Source of the DNA: Antedon mediterranea
Lineage: Eukaryota > Animalia > Echinodermata
Length of the DNA: 64,000 nucleotides
Assembly (NCBI RefSeq): GCF_964355755.1
Contig: NC_092673.1
Span: 16,526,948 to 16,590,947 of the forward strand
Direction of reading: 5' to 3'
The position numbers and the translations under genes are program-made. The notes beneath the pieces are model-generated. The model worked only from the letters and a program-made list of their open reading frames with translations, did not search any database and was not told the origin of the DNA. Shown piece by piece: positions 1-14,081 of this stretch. The stretch's first letter is position 1. The number at the start of each line of letters is the position of its first letter.

Positions 1-1189
1 GACAGTCAAGGACTGAAATGAAATGTATTACAAATGACTAAAAATTAGTTAAAATTGCTATAAAAATAGAAACATCTTAATAAAATTAGATATTGTACCA
101 TACAATTAAAAACATTCTTCAAAACATTTTAGGAAATAATATTGTATAGAATATTTATCAAGTATCTATTAAAAAGAAAGTCTAAATATAATTTTCAAAA
201 TGATCTTTATACTGGAATTTGTCATAACCATTTAAATAACAATATTCAAGATCATAATTTCATCTTTTATATATGTTGCCATTGTTTTATTTATAATTAT
301 TACTAAATACTGACCTAATAATTGACAAAATTCCTGATAATTGCTTAGTTTTTTTTCGTGCCACTATCGAATAACATTGTTTTTAAAACATGCACAAAAA
401 TAATAGAAAAAAGTATACTTTGTATAATTATTTATTATTACATCAATTAATATGAATTTATATATGTAACATTTATTTATATTCTCTACACTGAATTACC
501 AAAAAGTGTTATTTACTAAAACAATTGATGCTGTTAAAGACCAAAATAATGTTGGTAATAAATACATACATACATATTACAAAAACTGAATAGGATTTCA
601 TTAAAAAAAATCTGATTAACACTAATTTTTAAAGCTCAAAACCCTGGCAAGTAATAATGGTATTGTTGACAAAAAACCCAAATCAGTCCTGCTTATAAAC
701 TTGCACGATCATGGTGAAATTGTTTACATGCCTGACAACGAATTACTAAGCAATAAAGCAGTGTTAGATCCAATGAGACTGGTTGAAATTGTTACGACAT
801 TTGTAACTGTGGTTCCCCCAAAAAAACATGTAAGTAGACTCATGTAATGTCTTGCATTTGAAAAACGTGTTGCAGTAACATAATTACTCCTGTTCTGTGC
901 TAAATTTCTTGCTGTTCTATATATAAGTATGCTGGAAGACATCATTTGCAATTGACTAAAGTTTTAATTATCTTACTTTCATTGTATTATAATTGAAAAA
1001 GTGAAAAGCACAGCAACAAACTACTGTAATTTCACAACTGCATTATACACATAACATTCATATTATTTATTTATTCATATTATAAAAGTTTACTATATTT
1101 GTTGACTATTTCCAACATCCTTCCTGCCTCCCTCTTGATTCCCTCCTGCCACTCTGTAATAACAACACAAAATATCAATTTTTTTTTAG

Positions 1190-1384
1190 TTCGGTATGTT
1201 TAATGAATCTTTTGATAAGCTTGACAAAGGCATACTGGAAGAAAGGTTGTTGCGAAAATTATGGAAAAAGCGTAAAATTGACGACGGAAAGAATTTTGAG
1301 TTTCTTGTAGCACTGATGATCCAATTGGGTTTCATTTGTGAAAGGAAGACAACCAGCAGCCAAAATATGGCAAGTACATCTACA
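1190..1384 (+). CDS. Host gene internal exon, COR (C-terminal of Roc) domain of a ROCO-like protein
   Basis: polyT-AG acceptor at 1188-89, GTAGGT donor at 1385 (phase 0). Peptide KLDKGILEERLLRKLW...FLVALMIQLGFIC resembles the COR-A pattern. Confidence 0.7.
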
Positions 1385-1572
1385 GTAGGTTTTGTTCAGT
1401 TATCATTTCTAACATGTTATATTTTGCATGCAAGCATATGTGAAAAAAAGATTTTTTATATGATACCTAATTGGTGAAATTTAAAAAAAAAGATGTTTCT
1501 AATATACAGGAAATAATCTTTAGTTTTCTTTTTAAAATTAATCTAAATAGCATTTTACAAATCAAATTTCAG

Positions 1573-1875
1573 GAATCAGTTGTGAAGCGATCTTTTTTTG
1601 TGCCACTACGCCTTGCTTTCAAGACATCAAGTGAAGTGAAACCAGTGCCTGATGAATTTCCAGCTATCAGTATCTATTACGACTTTAAGGGATATCTTCC
1701 AGATGTATTGTTTCCATATATGATTATTGATTTCCTCAACAAATTTCAAAAGAACGGTGTTGACCCAATACTGTCATATAATCATGCTGAACTTTACTTT
1801 GACCAATATCATCATGTGACCTTATCTCTTGTCAAATTTGTGACTACGGAAGATGAAAGAAATTTCTTGTTAAAG
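1573..1875 (+). CDS. Host gene exon, COR domain
   Basis: TTTCAG acceptor, AAG/GTAGGT donor, in frame with previous exon. FFVPLRL...YYDFKGYLPDVLFPYMI resembles COR-A/COR-B motifs. Confidence 0.75.
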
Positions 1876-1979
1876 GTAGGTCTACTGTATCATATATTTT
1901 CTTGTGATTATGTCATAATTTAGTCTAAGTATAAACTCAAATTCAGATATCAAAACATAAATTTTTTTTTTTTTTTCAG

Positions 1980-2051
1980 GTGACTATTAAAAGAACAAAT
2001 GCTCTTAATAAAACAAGTAATGAGGAACCCTCTTCTGAAGCATGTAAAGAG
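1980..2051 (+). CDS. Host gene exon (VTIKRT...EACKE)
   Basis: polyT-CAG acceptor, GAG/GTATGT donor, 72 nt, phase 0-0, open frame. Confidence 0.75.
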
Positions 2052-2722
2052 GTATGTTATTTCATCAGTTTAGACAACTATATGCTTTTGTTATAGATAT
2101 TTGTGTTGATATTTGGTTAATAAAGTTAATAACTTTAATATTCAAAATCATTTTTGTGGAGTGCTTTTAGAGGTTTCGTCATTGTATTTTGATTTTTTCA
2201 ATAATAAAAAACAGTCTATAGCTAAAATGAAAATCTACCAATTATAGAATTAAACTTGATGTGTAATTTCAGTTATTAATAATTATAATATTAAATAAAT
2301 TAACAATATTCAATAATAACAATTGATTTATGGAAACTTCTATATTAAAAAAAATTACAATGATATAATCTTAATATAATATCAATTTAAAGTGTGAGCA
2401 ACTTAAGGTACAGTTGTTAAAACTAGTTGCATTGGCTTTTCATTGCAATAGATGCAGATCAATAGCACAGCAAAATTGAATGAATATTTTATTTTATCTT
2501 TGTTAAAGATTTTGTATGTACAATTTTGATAGTGATAATTCACCTAAGATGTTTATTTTATTTATTGTTGTACTTTTCCCTCTTGTAGACCCAACTGTTG
2601 TTATATTGAAAGAGTTAATAAACACAACATTTTAAAAATGTGTGTTGCTGATTCAAAGGTTGCTACATTGGGTTATATTGGTCAATTGCAGTTCTTAATC
2701 AACATTTAATTAATATCTTTAG

Positions 2723-2936
2723 GTTTTGTTAACAATCCAGAAGTCATTTGAACCTACTAAAGATGGTGGTAGAAGAGGGATTCAATATGAGAGATGCATA
2801 CTTTGTGAATGTAGTAATACATCAGAAAAGAAGCACATTCAAAATCTTGAAGATTTCCAGCATGAGAAGTTGACATGCTCCAAAACTGGCGTTTTTTTTA
2901 CGATGGATGTTACACGTTACAAGCGGCTATTAGGAG
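2723..2936 (+). CDS. Host gene exon, end of COR region with Cys/His cluster
   Basis: TTTAG acceptor, GAG/GTAAC donor, phase 0-1, lies within ORF 2726..3133. Confidence 0.7.
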
Positions 2937-3654
2937 GTAACAATAATAATAGTGACATAAGGTTAGGAAGAGATTCAGCAGTAGCAATAAATAATAATAC
3001 AATTAGGGCCTGTCCACACGTACGGCGTGACGTCAGCGGTGGTGCCAGGATCTTTCCGGGAGCTAAATACCCCGACGGGGGGGGGGGGGGGGGGGCGAAG
3101 CCCCCAGAAGCAACGCATTATAGTGTAATTTGAGGCCGTTTTAATCAGATTTAGGGTAGCCAACTTTTTTCCATTTTTTATGGTACATAAATAAAATACT
3201 GTGTGAAAAACACATTGCACGAGATCCGATGCGATGACTGTGTAAATCCATTCTTTCAAATTTAAAAATGAAGTTTTTAAAGTTCAATATGCCTATCATA
3301 GAAAATATATGCGAACGTAAAACCAACCCACGGGCCAAGAGGTATCGTTATAATCGCAGAGACGTAGGCAGGTTGCTGTATGAAGGTGCGAAAATTGTAA
3401 AGGCGCGAGACTCAACACCCATAGGCTGATCTGTAAGAACATTTTGAAAAATAGACCTGCTAGGTACCTGGAAATTTCACTTATATAGGTCCATATTGAT
3501 AAATGAAACGAAACTATAAGTCTACAGAACCAGACCGCCATGGATGGTTGGGTGGAGCTAAGAAAATTGTCAAAAATAGAGCTGCTAGGTCCCTGCAAAA
3601 CATTGAAATATGAAACGAAATTATAGGTCCAGCCCACCATGGTTGGGGGGGGGG

Positions 3655-5723
3655 GGGGGGTAGTAACAAAGTGCGAGGCAGCGAGGCACGCGAGGCAGGG
3701 AAGGCATGCGAGGCAAGTCAGAAATTTATGCGAGGCATCGTTTTACCATCATCAAAAAATGCGAGGCATCATTTTATCATTTCTCAAAATTGCAAGGCAG
3801 GAAATCACCGAAATTGAAGTAGCCTAGGCCTAGGCCCGCTAGGCTAGTTTCCTTTTGCACCTGCCTTGTAATTTAACCAATGCTTTATCCTGAATACCAC
3901 AGCTTAGAATTAGTAGGCCTACTTTAATGAAGAAAAATCACATAAAAGTAACAATAAATCCATTAAATTGGTGATTTTACAGACGTTGTTTTTCTCGCAT
4001 TTCGCACACTCAATGTTCAATATTTTGGTTTCTATGGAACGCCAAAAGAGCAAAATTAATTAGAGGGCTAAAAACTCTGTGGAATCCATTTATATTTAAC
4101 GCATTATTTGGTGAAAATCAAGTACAATTTCAATAGATTTTGTCACTGTCAGTAAGGAAAAATGTTACTGTTGATAATGTACACGGTTTCGTTAACCTTT
4201 TAAAGAATAAAATAGAAAAATTCATCATAATATCCTTAGTAGGATGTCCTAGGTCTAGACTAGGTAGTGATGTTGATTTAGGATCGATTATTATTCTTTG
4301 AAAACAGAACAGTATCAGCAGTAACATATTACAACATTTTTATTGACAAATTAACAAATATATTGAAATAAAACGTGTTTTTCACCAATAAATGCATGAG
4401 AAATTGACGCATTCCACTGAGTTTTAGTCCTCTATTATCGTTGCTCTTTTGGCGCTCCATAGAAACAAAAATATTGAACATTGAATAAGTGAAATTCGCG
4501 AACAGTGTGCGAGAAACACGCCTGTAAAATCATTAATTTAAGGATTTATTTGTTACTTTTTATGTGATTCTTTCATTAAAGTACTCATGAGGTATACTTC
4601 TAAGGTGTGGTATTCACACGATAAAGTCAGTTATCAAATTTGGAGTAAAAATACAAGCGAAGGAAACTAGCGCCAGGTTTATTAGTACGTACATGGACAA
4701 CAATAAATAAAAATCGTTCGTAATATACCTAGCTTACTAAAACAGGAATAGTGTATCATTATTAAATATTACACCAATTATTATTTTATCAAAATTGATT
4801 AAATTATTTTCTACATAGGCCTCTTATCTAGGTTAGGGCTAAGAATATTAGCTAAAGTTTAATTTTAGGCCTAGTATTACAATTGTCGGACGTAAGTTTT
4901 TTTTCACACGCGCTCCAGAATTCTGTCGCAATTTTTTTCTTTGCGGCATGTTATTGGATCGGCATATCAGTTACCTTTTATTCACCGCCAGTTATTAAAC
5001 TTGTCCTGGCAATCGCTGTTCACCTTATTTGCGAGAGAGGTACACGTGTTGTTCCTAGAGAATGGAATGTCAAAAATGTCTTTGGCACGCCGCTCAGAGA
5101 GAAGTCTGTGCGTTGCTGCTGAAACCACGTGCTATAGGAGGGGAATGCACCACAATCCTCTGAGCTGAGGGCTGAATCATTCCGCTACCTGCTAAATAGT
5201 AAAGAGGGATTGTCCATCTCTCGGGTCTACCGGATCTAGGCGCAGGGGTGTGACAAAATATTATTTTCACTCTGCTATGTTCGAGAGACATGTGAGTGAA
5301 CACGCTCGAAATGCCAACAAACATTGCAGTCATTTGATGAGTGTGTCGCTATAACAATTATTGTTTATCGAAAGTTGAAGACTGTCGTTCAGATTTTTTA
5401 ACCGTAGTTTGGGCACTTTTGTAAAAGTAAAATTTGACACGATATGACTTGAATGAAAAAACAATCGTTACATAAAAATAAACAACATGATGAGTGTATA
5501 CACGAATCTTTTTAGATACGCTTGTATCGATTGATTATTACGCCTATAATATATCATAATAGCACGTTAAGATATGCCTCGCACCTTTTTGAAATTGTAA
5601 ACTATATGCCTCGCATGCCTCGCACTTTTGGAAATGATAAATATAAGGGATAAATATTTGGCATGCCGCGCATGCCTCGCTTGCCTCGCGTGCCTCGCTG
5701 CCTCGCACTTTGTCAACACTCTG
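3655..5723. mobile_element. Nested non-autonomous DNA transposon with GCGAGGCA subterminal repeats
   Basis: ACAAAGTGCGAGGCAGCGAGGCACGCGAGGC near 3667 is the reverse complement of about 5682-5713; gttggggg on both flanks; left end degenerate. Confidence 0.65.
3840..4674. mobile_element. MITE, same family as 22115-22713
   Basis: Long imperfect inverted arms GCTAGTTTCCTTTTGCAC... / ...GCGAAGGAAACTAGCGCC. Confidence 0.65.
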
Positions 5724-6430
5724 GTTGGGGGGGGGAGCTAAGAACATTTTGAAAAATAGAGTTGCTAGGTCCCGGAAATTTAACTTATTACACTTCGAAA
5801 CATAAAACAAAATATATACCGGTACGTCTCCAGAACCAGCCATACCATGGAAATAAAAAAAAATTGAAAAAATATAGCTCTAGGTTCCCAGACAATGCAC
5901 TAACTGTATATTGTACATCGGAATATCAAACGAAATGTATCCTTGACAAGCTCTATAATTTGGGACGGTTGAGCTAATTTTGAAAACTAGAGCTGTAGGT
6001 CTTCAAAAATTACACTTATACTTTTAAAAAATTCAGGCCTTAGAGGCCTAAAAAAGTAACCCTTTTTACCTTTTATTTGGAGGGGAATGCGTCCGCAAGC
6101 GTAGACCATTTTCCGTCGGGGAAATCAGTTTATTTCCCAGATGTGAATCTGGAATTTCAATGTACGATGAGCAGTTTATGACATACAGGACATTGGAAAT
6201 GTAATAACTTAGCTATAAGATGTTGGCTAAACGAAAATAGCATGTTTTTTGTTTAGTAATGTAGGCGAGCCTACAGTGAAACGTCTATTTCAGGTACCCC
6301 ACGGTACAGAGGGTTAATCGTAAATTAGGCTCCCCGACGAGGGGGGCTACAGCCCCGTAACCCCCCCGCTGGCGCCACCACTGCCTGACGTACGCCTTGC
6401 GTAGCCTAGGCAGTGGCGTTATTAAAGACA

Positions 6431-6743
6431 GCTGCATACCCCACCTTAACTAGCACCATGGAGCTAACTCCAGTGATTTCAAGATATTTACCAATTACTT
6501 CATGTTTTTACTGTATCTATTGTAAATGTTATTGCTGCATACCCCACCTTAACTAGCACCATGGAGCTAACTCCAGTGATTTCAAGATATTTACCAATTA
6601 CTTCATGTTTTTACTGTATCTATTGTAAATGTTATTGCTGCATACCCCACCTTAACTAGCACCATGGAGCTAACTCCAGTGATTTCAAGATATTTACCAA
6701 TTACTTCATGTATTTACTGTATCTATTGTAAATGTTATTGCTG
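6431..6743. repeat. Tandem repeat, ~103-bp unit x3
   Basis: gctgcataccccaccttaactagcaccatgg recurs at about 6431, 6534 and 6637. Confidence 0.9.
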
Positions 6744-6947
6744 ATATAAAAACAAGCTACTCAGCTGCTCTTGGCACATCGACACAAATGCCTTTTACTT
6801 ATTATAGTATTTGAGGTCATTTATTTTGAAATGGATTCTATGAGAATTATTTGTATATTATAGTTTATTGTATATTGTAAATATTTTTTATAACATTTTT
6901 TACAATTTTTCCTAAATTTTGATTGTCTATTTCTTTTTCTTTTCAAG

Positions 6948-6986
6948 ATGAAACAAAACCTTCAAAGAAGGAAGAATCAAACCAAG
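6948..6986 (+). CDS. Host gene 39-nt linker exon (DETKPSKKEESNQ)
   Basis: Polypyrimidine-AAG acceptor, AAG/GTAAAG donor, phase 1-1, links flanking exons in frame. Confidence 0.7.
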
Positions 6987-8003
6987 GTAAAGTAGACATT
7001 AATTATGTGTGCCAACAGTGGTTCAAAGGTCAAGGTGATCTAGAGACTAAAAAATTTCCCAAAACATCACCAGCCATTAGTTTAGAATAATGTTAGCAGC
7101 TAAATAAGAAATGATAAACAAAAACAACTGTTATAAATGGTCAATGGTCTGCCTTTCTTAAACATTCTCTATTTTCTATTTTAACTATTTTGTTTGATAT
7201 TTGTTAAAGATGTATAAAAACATGAATAATTTATTAGTCCATTTTACAGTTTCAATACATTTTTTTCACTTCCATAGAAAAAAAAAAACAAGCGAACATA
7301 ATTATTTATTCAAGTAAAATAATTTTGTTTTCGATTTTTGGTCAAAGTGAATAAATATATATATTTTTTTTTATTTATTTAGGTTTAACACATACAAAAC
7401 AGCAGCCATTGGCTGATAACGTTTGTTTACAATCAATATACATATATAATTAAAAGTAAAAGAGGCACAATTACAAACAGCATAGAAAAATAACTATATA
7501 TTATAAAACACAAAATACAATATTATTCGTTCATAAAATTGAGCACGTCATTATTATTATTATTATTTAAGATTATTATTAATATATACATTATTAAAAT
7601 ATGTGATACTATGGCACAAAAAAAAAATGTTTAAACATTGTTTTTGTGAGACAATATATCTTTAATAATATCTGTTTTTTAAAGATTTTTTTAGAACTTG
7701 TTACATCTTATTCTTCTTGTAATGATATAGATTTACGATGTCAATATGCGTACTTCTAATTTCTTACATCACATTTTAATCATTAGCTCAAGGCTAGCAG
7801 GTGTGACTTCATTAGTCTAAAATTGATAAAAATGTGTAAATTTGAGAAATGTATATGTTTATTTGTTATGTGTCTATACTTTAACAAATATATGTTGCTG
7901 TAACTCTATCTATCAAAATAAATATTAATTTCATTTTCAGAGAAAAAAATAATAATTTTAAAAACTTCGATGAAAAAATTAATATATCATTTTTGCCTTA
8001 CAG

Positions 8004-8531
8004 AAATTTCAGAGAATAATTTCCGGCAACTGTTAACTGATACAGCAGCATGGTTTGATATGCTTGGATATCTCAAAATATTGAAAGTTTTATACAAAGA
8101 CCTTCTTTCAAAATCTAACGTTGAGGTGGAAAGAGCTAGAAGTGTTTGGGATCTGCTACAGGATTTAAGAGCTTCAGGAAGTTTGAGTCCATCAAATCTT
8201 ACTCTTCTATATGACACAATAACAGTAACCAAGCAATTTGGCTTTAAATCAAAGCTTGAGAATCAACCTCCAGAAGATATTAAGGATCATGTAGTATCAA
8301 TGTTAACACCTTACAGACAGAAGGTTTATCAACTGGGAGTAGAACTTACGAAGGATGAAGTATCAAAACTTGACGGGTTATTTAACAATATGGTAAAGAA
8401 ATATCAAGACAGCTGGAGTATGATTATGGACTTTGAACATAAAGGGATCATTGATGAGGATTGCATGATCAAATTTCTTGATGTTTTAGAAAGAAATGGA
8501 ATGACATGGGCCAGGAAGATTTTCTTTGATG
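8004..8531 (+). CDS. Host gene exon, tandem death-fold (DED-like) domains
   Basis: TACAG acceptor, G/GTTGGT donor, phase 1-1. Two helical units (FRQLL...SVWDLLQDL...NLTLLYD; YRQKVYQLGVELTKDEVSKL...WSMIMDFEHKGII) typical of DEDs. Confidence 0.7.
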
Positions 8532-9249
8532 GTTGGTTGGCTTTTGTTTGTATTTGTTGTTTAAATCATGGTTCATTTGTTAAAACATATAGTACATACT
8601 GTAGTACACTTCAATCAAGTAAGAGTACTGTAACAAATTAAACATTTTAGGATTCAAATTATTATGATGTCCCTGTCTGTCTGCTATTATAGTTGATTAA
8701 GGATATCAACCAACATTCGGTTAAATGGCAATTCAGCTGAATTGAATGACAAGTTAAATAGTAAAATAACAATAATATGCTCAATGAGTCCAATGGAAAA
8801 TGAGCTGAACCGAAAAGTATGTGTGTATTCCATGATATTATCCCTATAAATCAGAATGACCCAAACCTTTGGAACATAATAATAATCTGCATTTTAAAAT
8901 TGCGAATGACTCATAATTCCTGTAAGGCTCAGCATACCATTTGAGGGTCAAAGTACCGACTCTAAGGCTGATTCAGACCTTTACTATTGCAAGAGGATCA
9001 TTAAGTTGTATAAGAAAGCCACAGGTTGAGAGCGTACCCATCACCACCTCCATGCTAATTTATACAGCCGGACACCAGTTTATTTACATTTCCTAATTAA
9101 GAGTTTGTTTCAATGACAATTAGCTTACTGAAACACTTCTTTTAATCATCATCCATCCTAGGTGGATTGAAAAATCCAGAAGTCATCCAGTAGTCATATT
9201 CTACATAATTATATGTATTCTAAATAAGTATATATGTCTTCTGGTACAG

Positions 9250-9735
9250 GCATGTCTTTTGGTACTGGCACATCTGGATCTTCTGGTGCAGGTGTGTCGT
9301 CTGGTGCAGGTGCATCTTCTGGTGCAGGTGTGTCTTCTGGTGCAGGTGTGTCTTCTGGTGCAGACGCATCTTCTGGTGCAGGTGTGTCGTCTGGTGCAGG
9401 TGTGTCTTCTGGTGCAGACGCATCTTCTGGTGCAGGTGTGTCTTCTGATGCAGGCGCATCTTCTGGTGCAGGTATGTCTTCTGGTGCAGGTGTGTCTTCT
9501 GGTGCAGGTGTTTCTTCTGGTGCAGGTGTGTCTTCTGATGCAGGTGCATCTTCTGGTGCAGGTGTGTCTTCTGGTGCAAGCGCATCTTCTGGTGCAGGTG
9601 TGTCTTCTGGTGCAGGTGTGTCTTCTGATGCAGGCGCATCTTCTGGTGCAGGTGTGTCTTCTGGTGCAGGTGCATCTTCTGGTGCAGGTGTGTCTTCTGA
9701 TGCAGTTGTGCCGTCAGGTGCAGTTGTGTCTTCAG
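9250..9735 (+). CDS. Host gene exon made of an 18-bp minisatellite encoding (SSGAGV/A)n linker
   Basis: TACAG acceptor, CAG/GTGAAT donor, 486 nt, phase 1-1; unit TCTTCTGGTGCAGGTGTG about 25 times. Confidence 0.65.
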
Positions 9736-10157
9736 GTGAATATCAAGGCATTAGAACAAGGCTTTATTAACTTTCAATGTTAAGTGAATGTAGTTGTTTA
9801 TGCAGTTAAAATCTGTATTTATTAGGCAACCTTAAAATAACTTGAGTTTAAGTTTTTCTTTGACTTTCTCCAAATCTATTCCGTTCATTTCTTTTTTAGG
9901 TAGACATTATACATTAATCCTGTTTGTTGCTTAAACATTCGTTCCACTCTGTGGTTCACACAATATCAGCTTAGATATTTGAACTTTCCAAAAACTTTTA
10001 TTTATTAAATATTTCACTGTTATTTAACAGTTTATATTAATTTTTAATAGTCAGTAGTTATCGTTTAGCATACTTAAAATAACATCTTGTAGCTAGTTGT
10101 ACTAATAATAAATGTAATTTAATGATTTTACAACATTCCAAAAACTTTTTTCTACAG

Positions 10158-10196
10158 ATGGGGAAGATGAAAATGAATCGCTCATCAAGAAACCAG
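10158..10196 (+). CDS. Host gene 39-nt exon (DGEDENESLIKKP)
   Basis: TTTTTTCTACAG acceptor, CAG/GTATGA donor, phase 1-1. Confidence 0.7.
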
Positions 10197-10237
10197 GTAT
10201 GATCCATCTGTAACCTTTTTTCTGTTAATAACATGTG

Positions 10238-12698
10238 ACGTTGTGAGGTAAATTCCCGATTGATCGTAATCAAAACGGTACTGGGTATGGTCTACTAGAT
10301 TTTCTGCTCCCAACCAGTACATCCATTCATAGAAGCCTTGATGAGCAAGCCTACCTGGTGGTAACCATAGGACGGTTCCGAGATAACGACTATACTTCAG
10401 CTTTAGTCGATAGAAGATTGAAATATTGTTAGAGATAGAGTATACGATGCTTGAATATGTGTAGATGTATGATTTGTTCTATTATCCAAATGATGTTCCG
10501 CATATAGGAGATGAAGATAGTAGGCGTGGTTGGGTGTAATGATTTTGTATATTAAATAATTATCCTACACTGCATATTATGCGATAAATAATATTTTATA
10601 TATTTTTAAAATATTTATTGTTATGATTATAATATTAATAAAAATATATTTGTTAGTATAAATTAAAAAAAAAAATAAATAAAAAAAAAATAAAATAAAT
10701 TATAGATATAAAGAAGAAAAGCAAAGAGATTATGGAGCGGCTATTCCTGAATATACAATAATAAGTATCGTAAGTTTAATTTATAAATTTTAGGCGATCT
10801 TGTCAAAGGTCAAGCGCCTATAGCCTGCCACGTTTCGATATTCAATATTGAACTTGACCTGACGTGGTTCCACAATATCTTTATATGAATATGGTAGAGT
10901 GGATAGAAACATAAATTAATTTAAATTTCAAAAGTTTACCTTAATAACTGGTTTTGAACTGAATCGGTTGATGTCTTATCGTTGTATGTATGATTTGGTT
11001 TGTTTTAAAATTATGTTCGATAAAGTGCGTATGCGTATAGAATGAAATGCTTGCGTTACGATGTACGCGTGTAATGTTGTTTATATCGTATAACAGATAA
11101 AGTATGAACATATAGAAGAATATTGAATATCGAAACGTGGCAGGCTATTAGACTTGCCCCAAGTCTGTATTATCTTTTTATTTATTTATTTGTTTTTATT
11201 TCGACCGCGATTTTTGTCTGAAAATACAGACTTGTGAAACACGTATAGAAGTCGATTTGCAGACCGCAAACGTCCGATAAGAATGACGTAGGTTATCATA
11301 CCGTATTTGGCTATATGGGGCGGGCGGTATGTAAATATGGATTTCGAATCAACCAATGATCATTTCGTTTCAAAATGAAAAAGATCGAGTACGTACAGTG
11401 CTGAATGTACGATCGAGACTGTTGAAATATAAAATCGTAATGCCAAGTTGTTTTGTTTATTAATTGTTTAGTCCTCTTAGCCTAGGCCTCCTTCGTAGGT
11501 CCTACTCAACTCGCACGTAATGACCTGCCAAATAAAACGCCAATAAAGTAGGTCTACATACCACCACCGGCACACAACAGGGCTACAAACACCACCGCAC
11601 ACAGAACAGAACAGGATAGGGTCTGGGTGGGAATTAAATCAAAATTATCTCCGCGCAATAAATGATCCATTCAATGTTTGATTTGCGGAGAAGCTATCCT
11701 ATCATATCAAGACGAGTTTTCATTTTCTTGGGAAAAATCCCATCAAATGTTTACCAGACTACTATAGGCATATACAATAATTTCTAGCCTTCAGAAACTT
11801 TCATCAATGTACACCCAAGTACATACGTAACATAGCGCATGCGCATCATCTTAGTTGTTGAGTCTTTGAAATTCTGAAATATGAATATTAAAACGGTGTA
11901 CGAGTGAGTAGCCAATCGCATGCAGCTGAAACTAGTCAACCGGATACTCGTATGCACCAAGAATTCTTGGTGTCAAACCACGTGACTTGTGCGTGTTTCC
12001 CCAGACGGAGTATCCAAAATCAAGTAGTATACGTATGAAACGCCATATGTGCCAAAATATTTATCTTTTTACTAATATTAAGACAAAACTCCGTCTGGAA
12101 CCCAGACTAGGCAGGCTATAGGCGCTTGACCTTTGACAAGATCGCCTAAAATTTATAAATTAAACTTACGATACTTATTATTGTATATTCAGGAATAGCC
12201 GCTCCATAATCTCTTTGCTTTTCTTCTTTATATCTATAATTTATTTTATTTTTTAAAATTTTTTATTTTTTTAATTTATACTAACAAATATATTTTTATT
12301 AATATTATAATCATAACAATAAATATTTTAAAAATTAATAAAATATTATTTATCGCATAATATGCAGTGTAGGATAATTATTTAATATACAAAATCATTA
12401 CACCCAAAAAACTACTATCTTCATCTCCTATATGCGGAACATCATTTGTATAATAGAACAAATCATACATCTACACATAATCAAGCATCGTATACTCTAT
12501 CTCTAACAATATTTCAATCTTCTATCGACTAAAGCTGAAGTATAGTCGTTATCTCGGAACCGTCCTATGGTTACCACCAGGTAGGCTTGCTTCATCAAGG
12601 CTTCTATGAATGGATGTACTGGTTGGGAGCAGAAAATCTAGTAGACCATACCCAGTACCGTTTTGATTACGATCAATCGGGAATTTACCTCACAACGT
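10238..12698. repeat. Long inverted repeat (foldback), arms ~590 bp: 10238-10829 and 12110-12698
   Basis: ACGTTGTGAGGTAAATTCCCGATTGATCG... matches the reverse complement ending ...TTACCTCACAACGT; near-identical along the arms. Confidence 0.9.
10821..11148. mobile_element. Small MITE at the inner end of the left foldback arm
   Basis: TAGCCTGCCACGTTTCGATATTCAATATT / AATATTGAATATCGAAACGTGGCAGGCTA perfect TIR, TA flanks. Confidence 0.7.
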
Positions 12699-13490
12699 AT
12701 AGATACTTGTTTTATTTATCTTTTTTTTTAATGACCTGATGAAAATTATTGTTAAATGTCATTGTGACCTTATGTGTATTAGTGTATTAATCGGCAATTT
12801 GAGATTAGTATAGTAGTTGTTTTTTATATAGATAAATGTTGTATCATTCATTGTAAATTTGATATCATTATATAGTATTATTTGTATGTACAAAGGCCAG
12901 CAGAGTTTCCCTGCTAGATAATAACATTTTTAATGAATTGAAATATCCATGCCTTTTGATTAAAACAACAAAATAATACTGTATACTGTACATGCCATTC
13001 AAACTATATATTTTTTATTTAATCAAGGCTTTGGTACACATTTTAACATAAAATTAAAATGGTTTATGTTTAACATTTAAACATTTATTTACTTTCAATA
13101 ACATAGTAACAAAATAAAAGGAGATAAATAATATGACAAAGTAACATTGAAGGAGGACTTGTGTTGAGCAAGCCTGAAACAAATAAATAAATAAAGTTAC
13201 TGTGTTCATACTTTGTTAACCTAAATAGTGCATACTATTACACACCATGTGACCCACAATAGTCCAATCAAATGACAGGAATTATTTAGGTGTTATATAA
13301 CACTGTATACTGTACTGTACACATTCAAACTATATATTTTTTATTTAATCAAGGCTTTGATCCACATTTTAACATAATATTAAATGTTTTAGGTTTAACT
13401 GTGTTTATACTTTGGGGTTAGGGTGTTTAATTGTTTAATTATTTCTCACCATATCTATTACTTAATGAGCTTGCTTTGTTGTTATTTCAG

Positions 13491-13506
13491 GTACGCATCA
13501 TGGCAG
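13491..13506 (+). CDS. Putative 16-nt microexon of host gene
   Basis: TTATTTCAG acceptor and perfect CAG/GTAAGT donor; phase 1-2. Confidence 0.55.
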
Positions 13507-14081
13507 GTAAGTATTTTCCACATATGTACTGTTTTATTTGATCAAATTAAAATATATTTTTTGTTAATAAATGGGCCTTTTTTCATTTCATTTATTTTGC
13601 CACATAAAATTTATCATAACAATACAATTACAAAAAAACAAAATAAAAAAGAGATTACTCCGGTCATCGCCGACACGTACGAACAATTGTAGAAATAATT
13701 TATCCCTACTATGATAAGATATTATAAATAACATTTTCAGAGATAATCTGTTTTATGTATTTACTTTGTTAGTTAAGTTTCCAATATCATCACCTTGAAC
13801 TGTTACCATGTAAATTTCCTGTGAAGAATGAAATAAAGTTTATCTGTATCTGTACTCTCCACCTCCGCACAAAGGCCAGCAGGATTACCAAAAGCGTCTT
13901 GTGGCTCTCCACAAAGTCAGTACAGGCGATAATCAACTAAAGCCTGTCTGTTATTCGATGCATCATCGTTAAAAGTTCAACTACGGTCATTTGAAAGCAA
14001 TCAGATTGAAAGAAACAACAATTTTAATGTTAATACTTGATTTAGAATTTTAATTATTTAATTGTACTTTTTTAATTCTAG

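Larger units (their letters stand above)
3034..6383. mobile_element. Non-autonomous hAT-like DNA transposon in intron, with nested insertions
   Basis: TIRs CAGCGGTGGTGCCAG / CTGGCGCCACCACTG; 8-bp TSD cgtgacgt / cctgacgt (7/8); no transposase ORF. Confidence 0.7.

Noticed and set aside
9220-9783. HLHQKT (minus) and LLVQVC (plus) repeat ORFs
   Set aside because: Alternative frames of the 18-bp repeat; splice phases support only the SSGAGV frame
12975-13400. ~100-bp direct duplication (about 12975-13075 and 13305-13400)
   Set aside because: Small AT-rich intronic duplication with no sign of function
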